A DNA stretch of 64,000 bases from Eledone cirrhosa (GCA_964016885.1 OZ024740.1:424700001-424764000); one strand, 5' to 3'; positions 15,260 through 27,722 are shown, counted from the first letter of the stretch. Made by a program: numbers and translations. The notes: a model not told the origin generated them from the sequence alone.

Positions 15260-16150
15260 GAATGATACGCTTAATTACATAAGTAAGCATTCTAACCACC
15301 CTGCCAGCATAACCAAGAACCTGGTAAGAAACGCTTCTTTAAGGCTTTCCCGTCTATCTACATACGAGCATATTTTCAACGACCATTCCACATATTACAA
15401 TGAAGCTTTTGCTCGGAGTGGATTTGTCGATAAGTTAGCATATACAGAGTACGAGAATAGACCTAAGAAAAACAGATCCCGACGCATTATATGGTATAAC
15501 CCACCATATAATATGGAGGTGGCCACACCATTAGCTAAGATCTTTCTCTCCCTTATTATGAAGCATTTACCCCCAGCACATAAATATAGTAACATTTTTA
15601 ATAGAAATACCATTAAAATTTCTTACTCTACAACTCCTAACCTTGCATATAACATCACAGCTTCAAATTTAGCTAAGTTACTTAGCCGTAGGAACACGCG
15701 CAACCCTGTAGCTAGTACTAGGAATCGGGTTGACTGCCCCTATCCGGGAAATGCCTCTCTAGTAACATTGTCTACAAATGCAAGGTTGAAACACCCACGT
15801 CCCGTAGGGCTTACATAGGGTTAACCGCCAATAGATTCAAGCAGCGTCTTTACATGCATACCCATTCTTTTCTTACCCCTTTAAGAAGGAATATGACGTC
15901 ACTTTCAGCTTATATCTGGAGTCTAAAAGAGAACCACACCCAATATAAGTTGCGCTGGGAGATCCTAGCTAAGGCTAGATCGTATAACGGAAATAAAAGA
16001 CCATGTGACCTCTGCGCCGCTGAGGCCCTGGGAATACTCTACGCCAAAGACCACATCTTAAATAAAAAATCTGAGGCAATTTCGGCTTGTAAACATAAAT
16101 TGCACAAAACTTTCCTGTATTACAGCCCTACATTATACCCTAACGGATAA
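15260..16150 (+). pseudogene. 5'-truncated Penelope-like element ORF: RT thumb/linker plus C-terminal GIY-YIG endonuclease (possibly Nematis-like), one frameshift near 15750
   Basis: Manual translation gives KPNDTLNYISKHSNHPASITKN...RSRRIIWYNPPYN...IFNRNTIKISYS...DCPYPG, then after a frameshift CLSSNIVYKCKV...AYIGLTANRFKQR..H...LSAYIWSLK...LRWEIL...CDLC..E...LNKKSE..SACKH. This matches the PLE thumb (SNHP) and GIY-YIG motifs. Clade assignment is from memory, not a search. Confidence 0.9.
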
Positions 16151-16735
16151 TACGAACGATACGCGGATATTTTACGTCTTGATGTGGTAGCTAAGTATAT
16201 GTTATGTTTATACCATTACTTATTTGTATAAGTAAGTATTTATTACCTGTATGTTTTGTGAAGGTACGTATACTTTCTCGTACGTATATTTCCTTGTATA
16301 TGTCATGGCGTATATATTATATATGGGTTCTGTATGTGCGTGCGTGTTTTTTTTGTGTGTACGTGCTTGTATTTGCATACCCATGGTGAGTGTTTTCGCG
16401 CATGCTTGTGTTTGTACGTATAGGGATGCGTGTTTGTATATATTTAATTTCAATTACCTCTGTATTTTATTTACTTTATTCTTAACTCTGAAGCCGAGAA
16501 TCATTCGGTTTCCTAAATAGAATTTTCGTCTACGACTTCAGTTATACCATTTACGTGGTTTTGTCTTTGCGTGTAATTCTTCTCACGCTCCACATATGAC
16601 GTATTATCTTCGTTTTTCCGTTCATTACCAGAGAACGTCTCCATGAACCACCTAATAGAATATTAGTCTTAGACTTCATTTATACCATAAACGTGGTTTT
16701 GTCTTTGCGTGTAATTGTTTGTCACCGCTCCTAAT

Positions 16736-16872
16736 AATTGTTTCTACGTTAGGCACAAGGCCAGCAATACACCAGTGCATTACTGGTACTTTATTTTATC
16801 GACCCCGTAAAGATGAAAGGCAAAGTTAACCTCGGCGGGATTTGAACTCAGATCGTAAAGGGACGTAACTCT
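16736..16872 (-). mobile_element. 5'-truncated Meta-like SINE nested in the PLE, with 14-bp target-site duplication
   Basis: tcaccgctcctaat at 16722-16735 and 16873-16886. Confidence 0.9.
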
Positions 16873-17005
16873 TCACCGCTCCTAATGATGACGTATTATC
16901 TTCTTTTTTTTCTTTCTTTGCCAGGGAACGTTTCCACGAACCAAAGTATCGTCTTCCTGTCTTCCTTCGGTTGCAACGTTTTTTGAAATATTTACTTCTG
17001 CGTTC

Positions 17006-17081
17006 ACAGATTGACTTTTTTAGTTTCAGAAGATCCCGTTAAGAGTGACAGCAGCGATTCTTTGCTTAAACTTTAATCTGT
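17006..17081 (+). ncRNA. Decayed type I hammerhead ribozyme in the PLE 3' pLTR (family C)
   Basis: Stem I agttt/aaact, extended by acagattga/ttaatctgt; core cAgaaga; stem II t-ccc-gttaa-gag-t; gaCa in place of GAAA; stem III agca/tgct. The copy near 24670-24710 (- strand) retains ccc/ggg and GAAA. Confidence 0.65.
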
Positions 17082-17826
17082 TATTTTAATAAATATATAT
17101 ATAATTATACAAGGATCGGAATTAGAGTATTCCGCAGTTCACAGTAATAATATTAGCTCAAAGAAGAACAGAGAATTTTCAACTGAGCTCAAATACAAAT
17201 ATATTACACAGAGAGAAATGTGTTACACAGTGAGATGTGTAACACACTTCTCTCTGTGTAATATATTTGTATATATATATATATATATATATAAGCTTAT
17301 TTTTCATTGGCCCTTATCTTTTTTCCACAAGGGAGAGAACTTGTTGGAAATACCCGGCTGTTTTAATTACTTTTTATAAAGAGCCATATTACAATTTTCT
17401 TTTTCTTTTTATACTAAATTGAAATTCAAAGTTCTGTTAGGTTTTGGTTGTAATATTGTAATATTCCTTTACTAATTGTTGTTTCCGCTTCCTTCAGAAA
17501 TAATCAGATTTCATTAAATTAAATTCATGTCACGTTTATTAAATGACATTATCCAAGGTTGCTGAAATGAGTACAGATCGTGTGAGACAGATAAACCAGG
17601 TAAACATACGTGATAAATTAATATGGTGTTTTTTCTTTCTTTTTTTCTTAGGGAGACAGAGAAGAATAAATATTAAAAACTTGGTAAACTTAATACAGAG
17701 ATTTTAGATTTCTTCAAAACATTCTCAGTTTTCTCCTCAGACCAATTTATTCTATAAACCTTCCTCTGTTGAGCTGAGATTTGCGGTGAAGATTATTGTA
17801 TTTCATATTTTCTGTGTGTAACATTT

Positions 17827-18029
17827 CTCGCCCCCAGCCCTCCTCTGTCGGTCTTCTTATGTCACCACTCGCCCCCAGCCCTCCTCTGTCGGTCTTCTTA
17901 TGTTACCACTCGCCCCCAGCCCTCCTCTGTCGGTCTTCTTATGTCACCACTCGCCCCCAGCCCTCCTCTGTCGGTCTTCTTATGTTACCACTCGCCCCCA
18001 GCCCTCCTCTGTCGGTCTTCTTATGTCAC
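17827..18029. repeat. 41-bp minisatellite, 5 copies
   Basis: Unit ctcgcccccagccctcctctgtcggtcttcttatgtYacca. Confidence 0.95.
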
Positions 18030-18255
18030 TAATCGTAGTAACCGTCGCCACAATAACAATGGTTTATGATTTATGACAAAGGTAACACATTTTTAGGAGA
18101 GGAAAGTCGATTAAATCAACCCCAGTGCATTACTGGTTTTAATTTTACCTTTAAAATGCCACAAAGCATGTTGTACCGTGACACAAATAATGGAAGAATT
18201 TACAGTACTTTGGTTGGAATCTATAAATGCATGCATTCACATAGAAACACTTAAT

Positions 18256-19343
18256 ATGGAGGGGGAATGTACCGTAGTGGGTGGGAGTATATAGTGAGGG
18301 GGAATGTACCGTGGTGGGTGGGGTATATAGTGAGAGGGAATGTACCGTGGTGGGTGGGGTATATAGTGAGGGGGAATGTACCGTGGTGGGGTGGGTGGGT
18401 ATATAGTGAGGGGGAATGTACCGTGGTGGTGGTGGTGGGGTATATAGTGAGGGGGAATGTGCCGTGGTGGTGGTGGTGGTGGGGGTATATAGTGAGGGGG
18501 AATGTACCGTGGTGGGTGGGGTATATAGTGAGGGGGAATGTACCGTTGTGGGTGGGGTATATAGTGAGGGGTAATGTACCGTGGTGGGTGGGGTATATAG
18601 TGAGGGGGAATGTACCGTGGTGGGTGGGGTATATAGTGAGGGGGAATGTACCGTGGTGGTGGTGGTGGTGGTGGGGGGGGGGGTATATAGTGAGGGGGAA
18701 TGTACCGTGGTGGGTGGGGGTATATATGGAGGGGGAATGTACCGTGGTTTGGTGGGGATATATAGTGAGGGGGAATGTGCCGTGGTGGTGGTGGTGGTGG
18801 GGGTGGGTGGGGGTATATAGTGAGGGGGAATGTACCGTGGTGTGTGGGGTATATAGTGAGGGGGAATGTACCGTGGTGGTGGGGGCATATAGTGAGGGGG
18901 AATGTACCGTGGTGGGTGGGTGGGGTTATATAGTGAGGGGGAATGTACCTTGGTGGGTGGAGGTATATAGTGAGGGGGAATGTACCTTGGTGGGTGGAGG
19001 TATATAGTGAGGGGGTATATAGTGAGGGGGAATGTACCGTGGTGGGTGGGTGAGGGTATATAGTGAGGGGGAATGTACCGTGGTTGGTGTGGGTATATAG
19101 TGAGGGGGAATGTACCGTGGTGGGTGGGTGGGGGTATATAGTGAGGGGGAATGTACCGTGGTGGGTGTGGGTATATAGTGAGGGGGAATGTACCGTGGTG
19201 GGTGTGGGTATATAGTGAGGGGGAATGTACCGCGGTGAGTGGGTGGGGGTATATAGTGAGGGGGAATGTACCGTGGTGGGTGTGGGTATATAGTGAGGGG
19301 GAATGTACCGTGGTGGGTGGGTGATGGTATATAGTGAGGAATG
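18256..19343. repeat. G-rich minisatellite, ~27 units of 36-55 bp
   Basis: Constant tatatagtgagggggaatgtaccgtgg followed by a variable (ggt/gggt)n linker. Confidence 0.95.
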
Positions 19344-20117
19344 CTTAAGATTTGTCGTCGGTGCCAATCCTGCGTTTTTAGACCTTCATAGTCTTATCCT
19401 CTGGATGAAGGTTTGTTCGTTGTGTAACCACAGGCAGGTCTATCTAACAGCCCTATATCATACAGTCATATAGTCATACAGATACTCGACCGAACAGCTG
19501 AGTATGATCCACAGATTTGACTTTTACCTTTCATACTATGACTCTGTAGAGCTAAGTATCATGGAACAATAAATTATATGAGGCTCAGTGTTACAGTCTG
19601 GACGTATTATTTCCACTGTCCAGTCTATTTCTGTGTGTCCGTAAATTCCAGTGTTAGCTATGGTAGATAGAACAAGATTGATTTGGTCAGAGCTTGACCA
19701 TTGTTGGTCTACTGCTCTATTATTGGGTGTGGCCGTACGAGAAGATTATTTGGGACCAGTGTGTCTACTGATGTTTCAAATATGTATGTGAAGACTCTCA
19801 TCAGACCCGTGCTTATCCCGGTTTCTGGAGTAACTGAGAATACAACCTCCTCTCGCCACTCCCCATGGAGACGATGTCAGTCCCTCACAGGGTTAAACTC
19901 CCACCTATTGTTGCTAATACTCATTTTCAGCTGAGTATACTGGAGCAACGTGAAATGAAGTGTTTTGCTCAAGAACACAACACACAATCCAGTCAAGGTA
20001 TCGAGCCCACGACAGTATGATCGTAAGTCCAGCAACTTATTACTAGGCCACGCGCCACAACAAAGAATATAAAGTGTACCTACATTTATTTATATTTATC
20101 TGGGCTGAGTGGAAGAG

Positions 20118-20334
20118 AAATTATTTTTAGGGAGCTGTTGTAGTAATGCTCTGGGGCGGTGCATAAGTACAGGCTTTTCCATGTAATTGAAAGCCCTGTA
20201 GAAACTGTAGCTTGCCGCGGCAACAAAATGCTTCATTTTGAACAGCTTTTTTTGTGGTCTGTGAGTGTAGTCTGCCTTCAGTGTTATGATTTGGGGCTGT
20301 GTTGTGTGTTTTGTAGATGTGTGTGTGTGTGTGT

Positions 20335-20367
<33 letters not shown>

Positions 20368-20571
20368 AGACAGATCACACCTATGCAGGTTTAGCTGGCC
20401 TCCAGCTAAACCTGCATAGGTGTGATCTGTCACACACACACACACACATACAATGAAGCATTTTGTTGCCGCGGCAAGCTTCAGTTTCTACAGAGCTTTC
20501 AATTACATGGAAAAGCCTGTACTTATGCACCGCCCCAGAGCATTACTACAACAGCTCCCTAAAAATAATTT
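20118..20571. repeat. Long fold-back palindrome
   Basis: Arms of ~110 bp plus a (TG)n/(CA)n-flanked ~30 bp inner stem closing on ctgg-cct-ccag. Confidence 0.9.
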
Positions 20572-21804
20572 TGGTATGTCTCGAAATAAAATGTCTTGCT
20601 CAGGGAAACAACACATCACCCGGTGCGAGAATTGAACTCACAACCTTCCGATTGCAAGCCCAATGCTCTAACCATTAAGCCATGCGCCTTCACTTTGTAG
20701 ATAAACGTGGATAACGAGAGTTCCGACTGTACCGGGCATTTATCATTATTAATTTAAAATATCGTTTGTACACCTTTGTTGTTTCTTTCTGTTAACCAAT
20801 TATGGTATTTCTGGCTGCTCTAAATATGTTTGTGTACCATTGTGGTTCCTTTTGTCTTCCATAGGAGCTGTAATGTAGAATTATTGTATTTATGTACGTG
20901 TATTTTTGTTGTCAGCGTGTGTAGTAGGTTTATATGGGGTTAATAATGGCTGTTTTCAATGGTTTCTGGTGCTAATGGTAAGTTGACAGAAGATTTGGGA
21001 GATGAAGCTTTAAATCTAGCCTGGCTTTGTAGTTGATTTGAGTTGAAGTAGGGGTACGGCAATCTCTGGTATCACCCTCACATTCTCCCAAGAGAATGTA
21101 AGGGTGATATCTGCGTATTCATTCATAAATTTACACGTATAACTATAACTATATACGTAAACACACACATATATGCATACATGGTATGTTATGGTCCCTT
21201 GACTACAGAGAGAGTGGTAGGGGCGCCGTATTGACATACAGCGATTCTTGGCCATTTTAAGCGTTATATTATGCGTACACATATCAAAAGCGTGGCTGAG
21301 TGGTTAGAGAATTGGATTCACAATCTTGAGGTTGTGAGTTCGAATCCTGGACCGGGCGATGCGTTATGTCCTTGAGCAAGACACTTTATGTGGAGTTGCG
21401 ACCAATAGATAGTATTAGCAACTGGAAAGACTAACGGAAACATTGTTTCCTCGGTCCGATTTGACGAAAGTCGATATATCAAAACAAACTTATATCTATA
21501 TACACACATATATATGAAGGTACATGGCTGAGTAGTTAGGGTGTTCGGAGAACGAATGTAAGGTCGTAAGTTCGATTCGGGGCGATGCTTTGTGTCCTTG
21601 AATACGACATCTTATATGATTCAGCAAAAATGAGGTCTGCCCTTAATTTAATGAGCCAGCCGTGCCACACACTGCGGTGAGGATACACGTTGATATATCA
21701 TGTAAGTTGCACTGTGGATGAAACAATTGGAACATTCGTCATCGGAACACAAATATGTCCAACACATATACAACATCACCCTCCCACACACACTCTTGTA
21801 TTTG

Positions 21805-21836
<32 letters not shown>

Positions 21837-21966
21837 TACAATACGCAAACACATATATATATATATATACATATACATACATATATATATATACAAATGA
21901 AAATATGTACACCACAGACAGATATATATATATATAATACACATATATATATACACCTACAAACAC

Positions 21967-22003
<37 letters not shown>

Positions 22004-22410
22004 CACAATCATGTATATTTATGTATACATCCATAGATACACATATACATAGGTAACCCTATATGTTTTCTAAAGCAATGTATAAATATATTGAAAGCGA
22101 TGGTAGTAGAGATATTGTGTTTCAGTAAAACTAAATATACAGGAGAGCTCCTATCATTACCTTCATTTATATACTTTACGGTTACCACTATACAGTCCTC
22201 TCCCACCCAGGTGCGTATTTACAGAATGGACATAATTGCATCTGACGTGTATCAATCCCATGTGTAATACACACACAACATATACATACATGCGTATATA
22301 AATAAATATATATATATATATTTGTAGTAAGGTTGTTATATAATATATATATATGTCTGTGTATGTTTGTGTGTTGTATATATATATATATATATGCGTG
22401 TGTGTGTGTA

Positions 22411-22445
<35 letters not shown>

Positions 22446-22458
22446 TGTGTGTGTGTAG

Positions 22459-22493
<35 letters not shown>

Positions 22494-22523
22494 GAGTGTG
22501 TGTGTGTGTGTCTGTGTGTGTTG

Positions 22524-22555
<32 letters not shown>

Positions 22556-22557
22556 CG

Positions 22558-22588
<31 letters not shown>

Positions 22589-22606
22589 CTGTGTGTGTGT
22601 GTGTGT

Positions 22607-22685
<79 letters not shown>

Positions 22686-23292
22686 CTTTGTGTTTGACAA
22701 GTGTTATGCATATATTTCGTCGCTCCTGAATAACTTCTGAAATGTTTTTACTTTAAGCACACATACACAAACATATATACATATACATACACACACACAG
22801 ACACAATCACATACACACGCTCATACACACATGCACACGCATACATACACACAGACACAAACATATATACATACACACACACACACTCTCACACACACTC
22901 ACACACACACATACACACACAATCACATACACACGCTCATACACACATGCACACGCATACATACACACAGACGCAAACATATATACATATACATACACAC
23001 ACACACACATACGCACGCTCATACACACATGCACACGCATACATACACACATACACAAACAAATACACATACACATACACACACACAAACACACACACAT
23101 TGACACATACATATATACACATACACACATACACACACATATACACATGCACAAAAACACACATAATACCTCACACACAAGAATAATCATTGTGATATAT
23201 AGGGATGTAGAAGGCGTGATATATATATGTATGTATATATGTATATATGTATGTATGTATATAGTTATGTATGTATATATGTATATATGTAT

Positions 23293-23902
23293 GTCAGGTC
23301 ACCAGTTGGTGCTACTGGTAACATGTATCCCAGTACAACCTGTCTCATGGTCGGGTCGTTGGCGACTAAACTGGCAACCCCACCAAGGTTTCTTGGTGAG
23401 GAGGGTGACTTTGGACATCCTGCAGGACTAAAAATAAAACCTGTCAAAGGGCAAAGGAGCTCTTAAGAGTCAATGGCCATCCAAAATCACCGGGAGAGAT
23501 GACCCCTTAGCCTTTGTCAAGGCAGAATTCTAGGAGAAGGAAAACTCTGATATAACACCTGCAACCCTGATGGTATCCAATGATGTTGACATGTTCTTCT
23601 TTTTGGTAAATATCATCTTGGTTAAGAGAGTGGGACTGGCTTTGTGCAGTGCCTTTGCTCACTATAAAAGCTTCACGGCACAGGCATTGCTTTATATCTG
23701 GAGATCTCTCTGCACTTGTCGTCACATGGTACTATGGGCCCTGCCCTATGTGTCAATCATTGTCACAAGTGTAGTGTTTGTACCAGAGATTTCAACTCGG
23801 CTGGCTGGACTAAAAAGCCACACTCGTTCAGTGCATCGGTAGGGGTTCTGCTACATGGATAAAAAGTAGTGGCCGTACTCGAAAACGAGTTGGCAGCCAC
23901 CA
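23293..23902 (+). mobile_element. Family F1 non-autonomous RTE derivative (~610 bp)
   Basis: Near-identical to 25866-26474(-) and 61952-62560(+); RTE-like 3' end and (TATG)n flanks. Confidence 0.85.
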
Positions 23903-24049
23903 TATATGTATGTATATATATATATGTATATATGTATGTATGTATGTATGTACATACACTTATGGTATTCCTTTCTATTGTTAATTGCTCCCCGCCAGGT
24001 CACCTCTCTCTGGTCCAACCTTGCCACCAGCCACTCGTTTCTCTTTCTC

Positions 24050-24145
<96 letters not shown>

Positions 24146-24561
24146 TTTCTTTCTCTCGTCGTAGTTAGACCTCCAAATAACATGACTTTCTTCTCTGTCG
24201 ATTCCTCCCCAGAACTCCTTGTGTCCAGTCGTTAGACTTTCTGGTATATTTTGGTAGTACTTGTTACCATGTGGTCAATCCACGTCAAAACTATTTTGGT
24301 AGGTATTTACTCATACACACTGTCATACACACTCTCACACACTCTCACATACACACACTCTCACACATACACTCTCACACACACGCACATAGACTCACAT
24401 ACACACTCTCACAGACATATTTAGTCAGGGAGTAAGAGAATTGTTTATGAAGCATTAAAATGTAGTAAAATTACATTGATAGGCTTATGGCGAACATTTA
24501 AATAGCGTCATATAAATGCATACATATATATATATATATATACATTATATATATATATATA

Positions 24562-24640
<79 letters not shown>

Positions 24641-24644
<4 letters not shown>

Positions 24645-24862
24645 TGATTAAAATAACAGATTAAAGTTTAAGCAAAGAATCGCTGCTTTCACCCTTAACG
24701 GGATCTTCTCAAGATCCCGTTAAGAGTGAAAGCAGCGATTCTTTGCTTAAACTTTAATCTGTTATTTTAATAAATATTTGCTCTACGGTTCTTATATATC
24801 TGATATATATTTATCCTTATCGAGCCCTCTTTGGATTTTAGTCTTCTAATTTATTATTACTA
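24641..24862 (+). mobile_element. Family C hairpin-plus-tail element (solo pLTR end of the PLE at 15.1-17.1 kb)
   Basis: Near-identical to 17030-17097 and to the reverse complement of 15121-15253; an inverted tail piece recurs at 25280-25381. Confidence 0.85.
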
Positions 24863-25001
24863 TATATATATATATATATAATATAAGGTCAAAAGATGGT
24901 TAAAAGTGTTCCATGTATTTTATTATGCGCATCTCAAAAACTTCGCGGTGGAATTTAACTGTAACTTAGTTAACCTTAATATTATTAAGAATAATATACT
25001 T

Positions 25002-25099
<98 letters not shown>

Positions 25100-25217
25100 T
25101 CAAGTATATTATTCTTAATAATATTAAGGTTAACTAAGTTACAATTAAATTCTACCGCAAAATTTTTGAGATGCCCATAATAAAATACATGGAACACTTT
25201 TAACCATATTTTGACCT

Positions 25218-25283
<66 letters not shown>

Positions 25284-25381
25284 ATGATAAATTTGAAGAC
25301 TAAAATCCCAAGAGGGCTCGATAAGGATAAATATATATCAGATATATAAGAACCGTAGAGCAAATATTTATTAAAATAACA
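24760..25381. repeat. Compound palindrome centred on (TC)n(TA)n(GA)n
   Basis: 24885-25004 mirrors 25098-25218 with several substitutions; outer arms are family C tails. Confidence 0.9.
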
Positions 25382-25439
25382 GAGTAATGTATATATATAT
25401 ATATATATATACATTATATATATATATATATATATATGT

Positions 25440-25782
25440 ATGACCAGTGGCAGTGAGAATTTTCAGTACCTGGAATCCAGTCCTCGATAGCTGTTCCATT
25501 TACCGAATTATTATTATTTTTATATGAGTCCCCAGTGTCCGCGCATTGCCTGGAGACTTGGCTGAGAATGACCTCCCTGATGACGCAATGAAATTCTCAA
25601 CAGTTCATTACGTAACTGTCTTTATCCCATTGCAGAAACTAATTAGTTGGAGTGAAAATTTAAGTAAGTAAGTTAATTTTTAAAAAAAAATTTTTTTTTT
25701 ATTTTCTTATTTTACGTCTTTTATATTATTGTTCTGCATCCTCCTGCATTGAACCACCTAGGTACTATGACATAACCTGTGT
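25440..25782 (+). repeat. Dispersed repeat family H (copies ~36876-37078(-) and ~41762-42222, the latter rearranged and SINE-interrupted)
   Basis: Shared cagaaactaattagttgga and acaggtt.tgtc.tagta.ct..gtggttcaatgca blocks; ends abut TA-rich tracts. Confidence 0.7.
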
Positions 25783-25865
25783 ATTTGCTGGCATTAGCGT
25801 ACATCTGTGCGCTTATGTTAGTAGATATATTAAATTATCTCTATATATATATATGTATGTATATA

Positions 25866-26474
25866 TGGTGGCTGCCAACTCGATTTCGAGTACGGCCACT
25901 GCTTTATATCCATGTAGGAGAACCCCTACCAATGCGCTGAACGAGTGTGACTTTTGAGTCCAGCCAGCGACTTGAAAACTCTGGAACAAACACTACACTT
26001 GTGACAATTATTGACACATAGTGCTGGGCCCATGGTGCCATGTGACGACAAGTGCAGAGAGATCTCCAGATATAAAGCAATGCCTGTGCCGTGAAGCTTT
26101 TATAGTGAGCAAAGGCTCTGCACAAATCCAGTCCCACTCTCTTAACCAAGATGATATTTACCAAGAAGAAGAACAAGTCAACATCATTGGATACCATCAG
26201 GGTTGTAGGTGTTATATCAGAATTTTCCTTCTCCTAGAATTCTGCCTTGACAAAGGCTAAGGGGTCATCTCTCCCGGTGATTTTGGATAGCCATTGACTC
26301 TTAAGAGCTGCTTTGCCCTTTGACAGGTTTTGTTTTTAGTCCTGCAGGATGTCCAAAGTCACTCTCCTCACCAAGAAACCTTGGTAGGGTTGCCAGTTTA
26401 GTCGCCAACGACCCAACCATGAGACAGGTTGTACTGGGATACATGTTACCAGTAGCACCAACTGGTGACCTGAC
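25866..26474 (-). mobile_element. Family F1 non-autonomous RTE derivative
   Basis: Reverse-complement copy of 23293-23902. Confidence 0.85.
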
Positions 26475-26513
26475 CTGACGTATGTATATATAGATACATA
26501 TATACATACATAT

Positions 26514-27052
26514 ATGATGGCTGCCCCCTCGTTATCGAGTATGGCCATTGCACGTTATACCATTATTAATAATTATTAATTAATTCTATCGTGCAATGCC
26601 TGTGCGTGAAGATATTTTTTAAAGTGAGGAAAGACTGTGCACTGAACCAATCCCACTCTCTGAGCGACAGTAGCTATAACCTGAAAAGAAGAAAAGATCA
26701 ACATCATCGGTAACTACTGCGCCGCAGGTTTTATGTCGGAGTTATCCCAGTTTCCTGAGTTGCCTTCTCCTAGAAGAATGCCCTGACAAAGGCTAGGGGT
26801 CCTTCACTCCCAGTAGTTTAACCGCGCGATCGGGTGTCCAGCCCGACTATTTCTATGTCCCCACGCATATACATACTCATGCACCCGTGTATATACACAT
26901 ATACATATACATACATATGTACATGTGTATATTTACACTTTTTCGAATGGCCGTTGACTCATGAGTTCTTCCGCCCTTTGTCAGGTTTTGTTTTTTGTCC
27001 TGCAGGGTGTCCAAAATCACCCTCCTCACCAAGTAAACTTGGTGGGGTTGCC
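26514..27052 (-). mobile_element. Family F2 non-autonomous RTE derivative
   Basis: Matches 60441-61000(+); 3' end gcaatggccatactcgataacgaggggg closely matches the LINE 3' end at 61867-61900. Confidence 0.8.
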
Positions 27053-27231
27053 GTTCGTGTAAGAACCTGGTCACATCTTCAGGTGTAAATTGCGTAAAAG
27101 ATATATATATACCAACGGAAAGAAGGCAAACTTTAAGGAAACAAGCAAAGAAAAAGAAGAAAAAATGTATTTGTTTTTATTTCTGACTCAGAGACGAAGG
27201 AGGCAGCATTTTCTTATCATGCTTCGTCGTC

Positions 27232-27257
<26 letters not shown>

Positions 27258-27262
<5 letters not shown>

Positions 27263-27573
27263 AAGTATGACCCCGACGGCAGAGCTCAAGCCGTTTCGAC
27301 GGCTAATTCAGTCCAGAAATAGCCGTCGAAACGGCTTGAACTCTGCCGTCGGGGTCATACAGTTTCCTATATATATATATATGTATGTAAAAGTATGACC
27401 CCGACGGCAGAGCTCAAGCCGTTTCGAAGGCTAATTCAGTCAAGAAATAGCCGGCGAAACGGCTGAGCTCTGCCGTCGGGGGTCATACTTTTTCCTATTT
27501 CCCACTCTACCTTAAGTATTGAGTACTCTGGTGCGTTATGGTCCATCTGGTTCCTTACCACAATTCCTTTGTT
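27258..27573 (+). mobile_element. Two consecutive family A hairpins; the second carries the tail
   Basis: Hairpins at ~27258-27370 and ~27388-27497, separated by (TA)n. Confidence 0.8.
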
Positions 27574-27656
27574 ATATATATATATATAACCAAAAGTTAA
27601 ACTGCCAAGACTGGAATTGAACCATCAGCACATTTGAGGTATGTCAGACATCAATT

Positions 27657-27722
27657 TATTTTATCTGATGAGGACGTACTGAGGAAACAGCTCAGTACCT
27701 CTGAAATATATATAATAAAATA
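27657..27722 (+). ncRNA. Type I hammerhead ribozyme with (AU)4 stem III
   Basis: UAUUUUAU CUGAUGA gga c GUACUGAG gaaacag CUCAGUAC c ucu GAA AUAUAUAU A AUAAAAUA: 8-bp stem I, long stem II. Confidence 0.8.

Larger units (their letters stand above)
15121..17097 (+). mobile_element. Penelope-like retroelement insertion: inverted pseudo-LTR at 5' end, truncated ORF, 3' pLTR, inserted in (TA)n
   Basis: ~15211-15253 is the reverse complement of ~17054-17097 (agcgattctttgcttaaactttaatctgtt...). Both sides abut (TA)n. This is the classic PLE inverted-pLTR-plus-tail architecture. Confidence 0.85.

Noticed and set aside
18256-19343. CRISPR-like repeat-spacer appearance, and extensin-like Pro-rich ORFs (376 aa)
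   Set aside because: The spacers are just variable (GGT)n, not unique sequences; no cas genes; eukaryotic context; several frames are open, as expected for a minisatellite.
19761-19810. Minus-strand CUGAUGA...GAAAC..GUA motif
   Set aside because: Stem II is half G.U and stem I is out of register; at best a decayed copy.
23293-23410. HDV-like or twister ribozyme at the 5' end of family F (ccagt/actgg, tcg-ttgg-cga-ctaa, gaggaggg)
   Set aside because: I could not build P1 and L3 of HDV or the P4/pseudoknots of twister by eye; an Infernal search would be needed.
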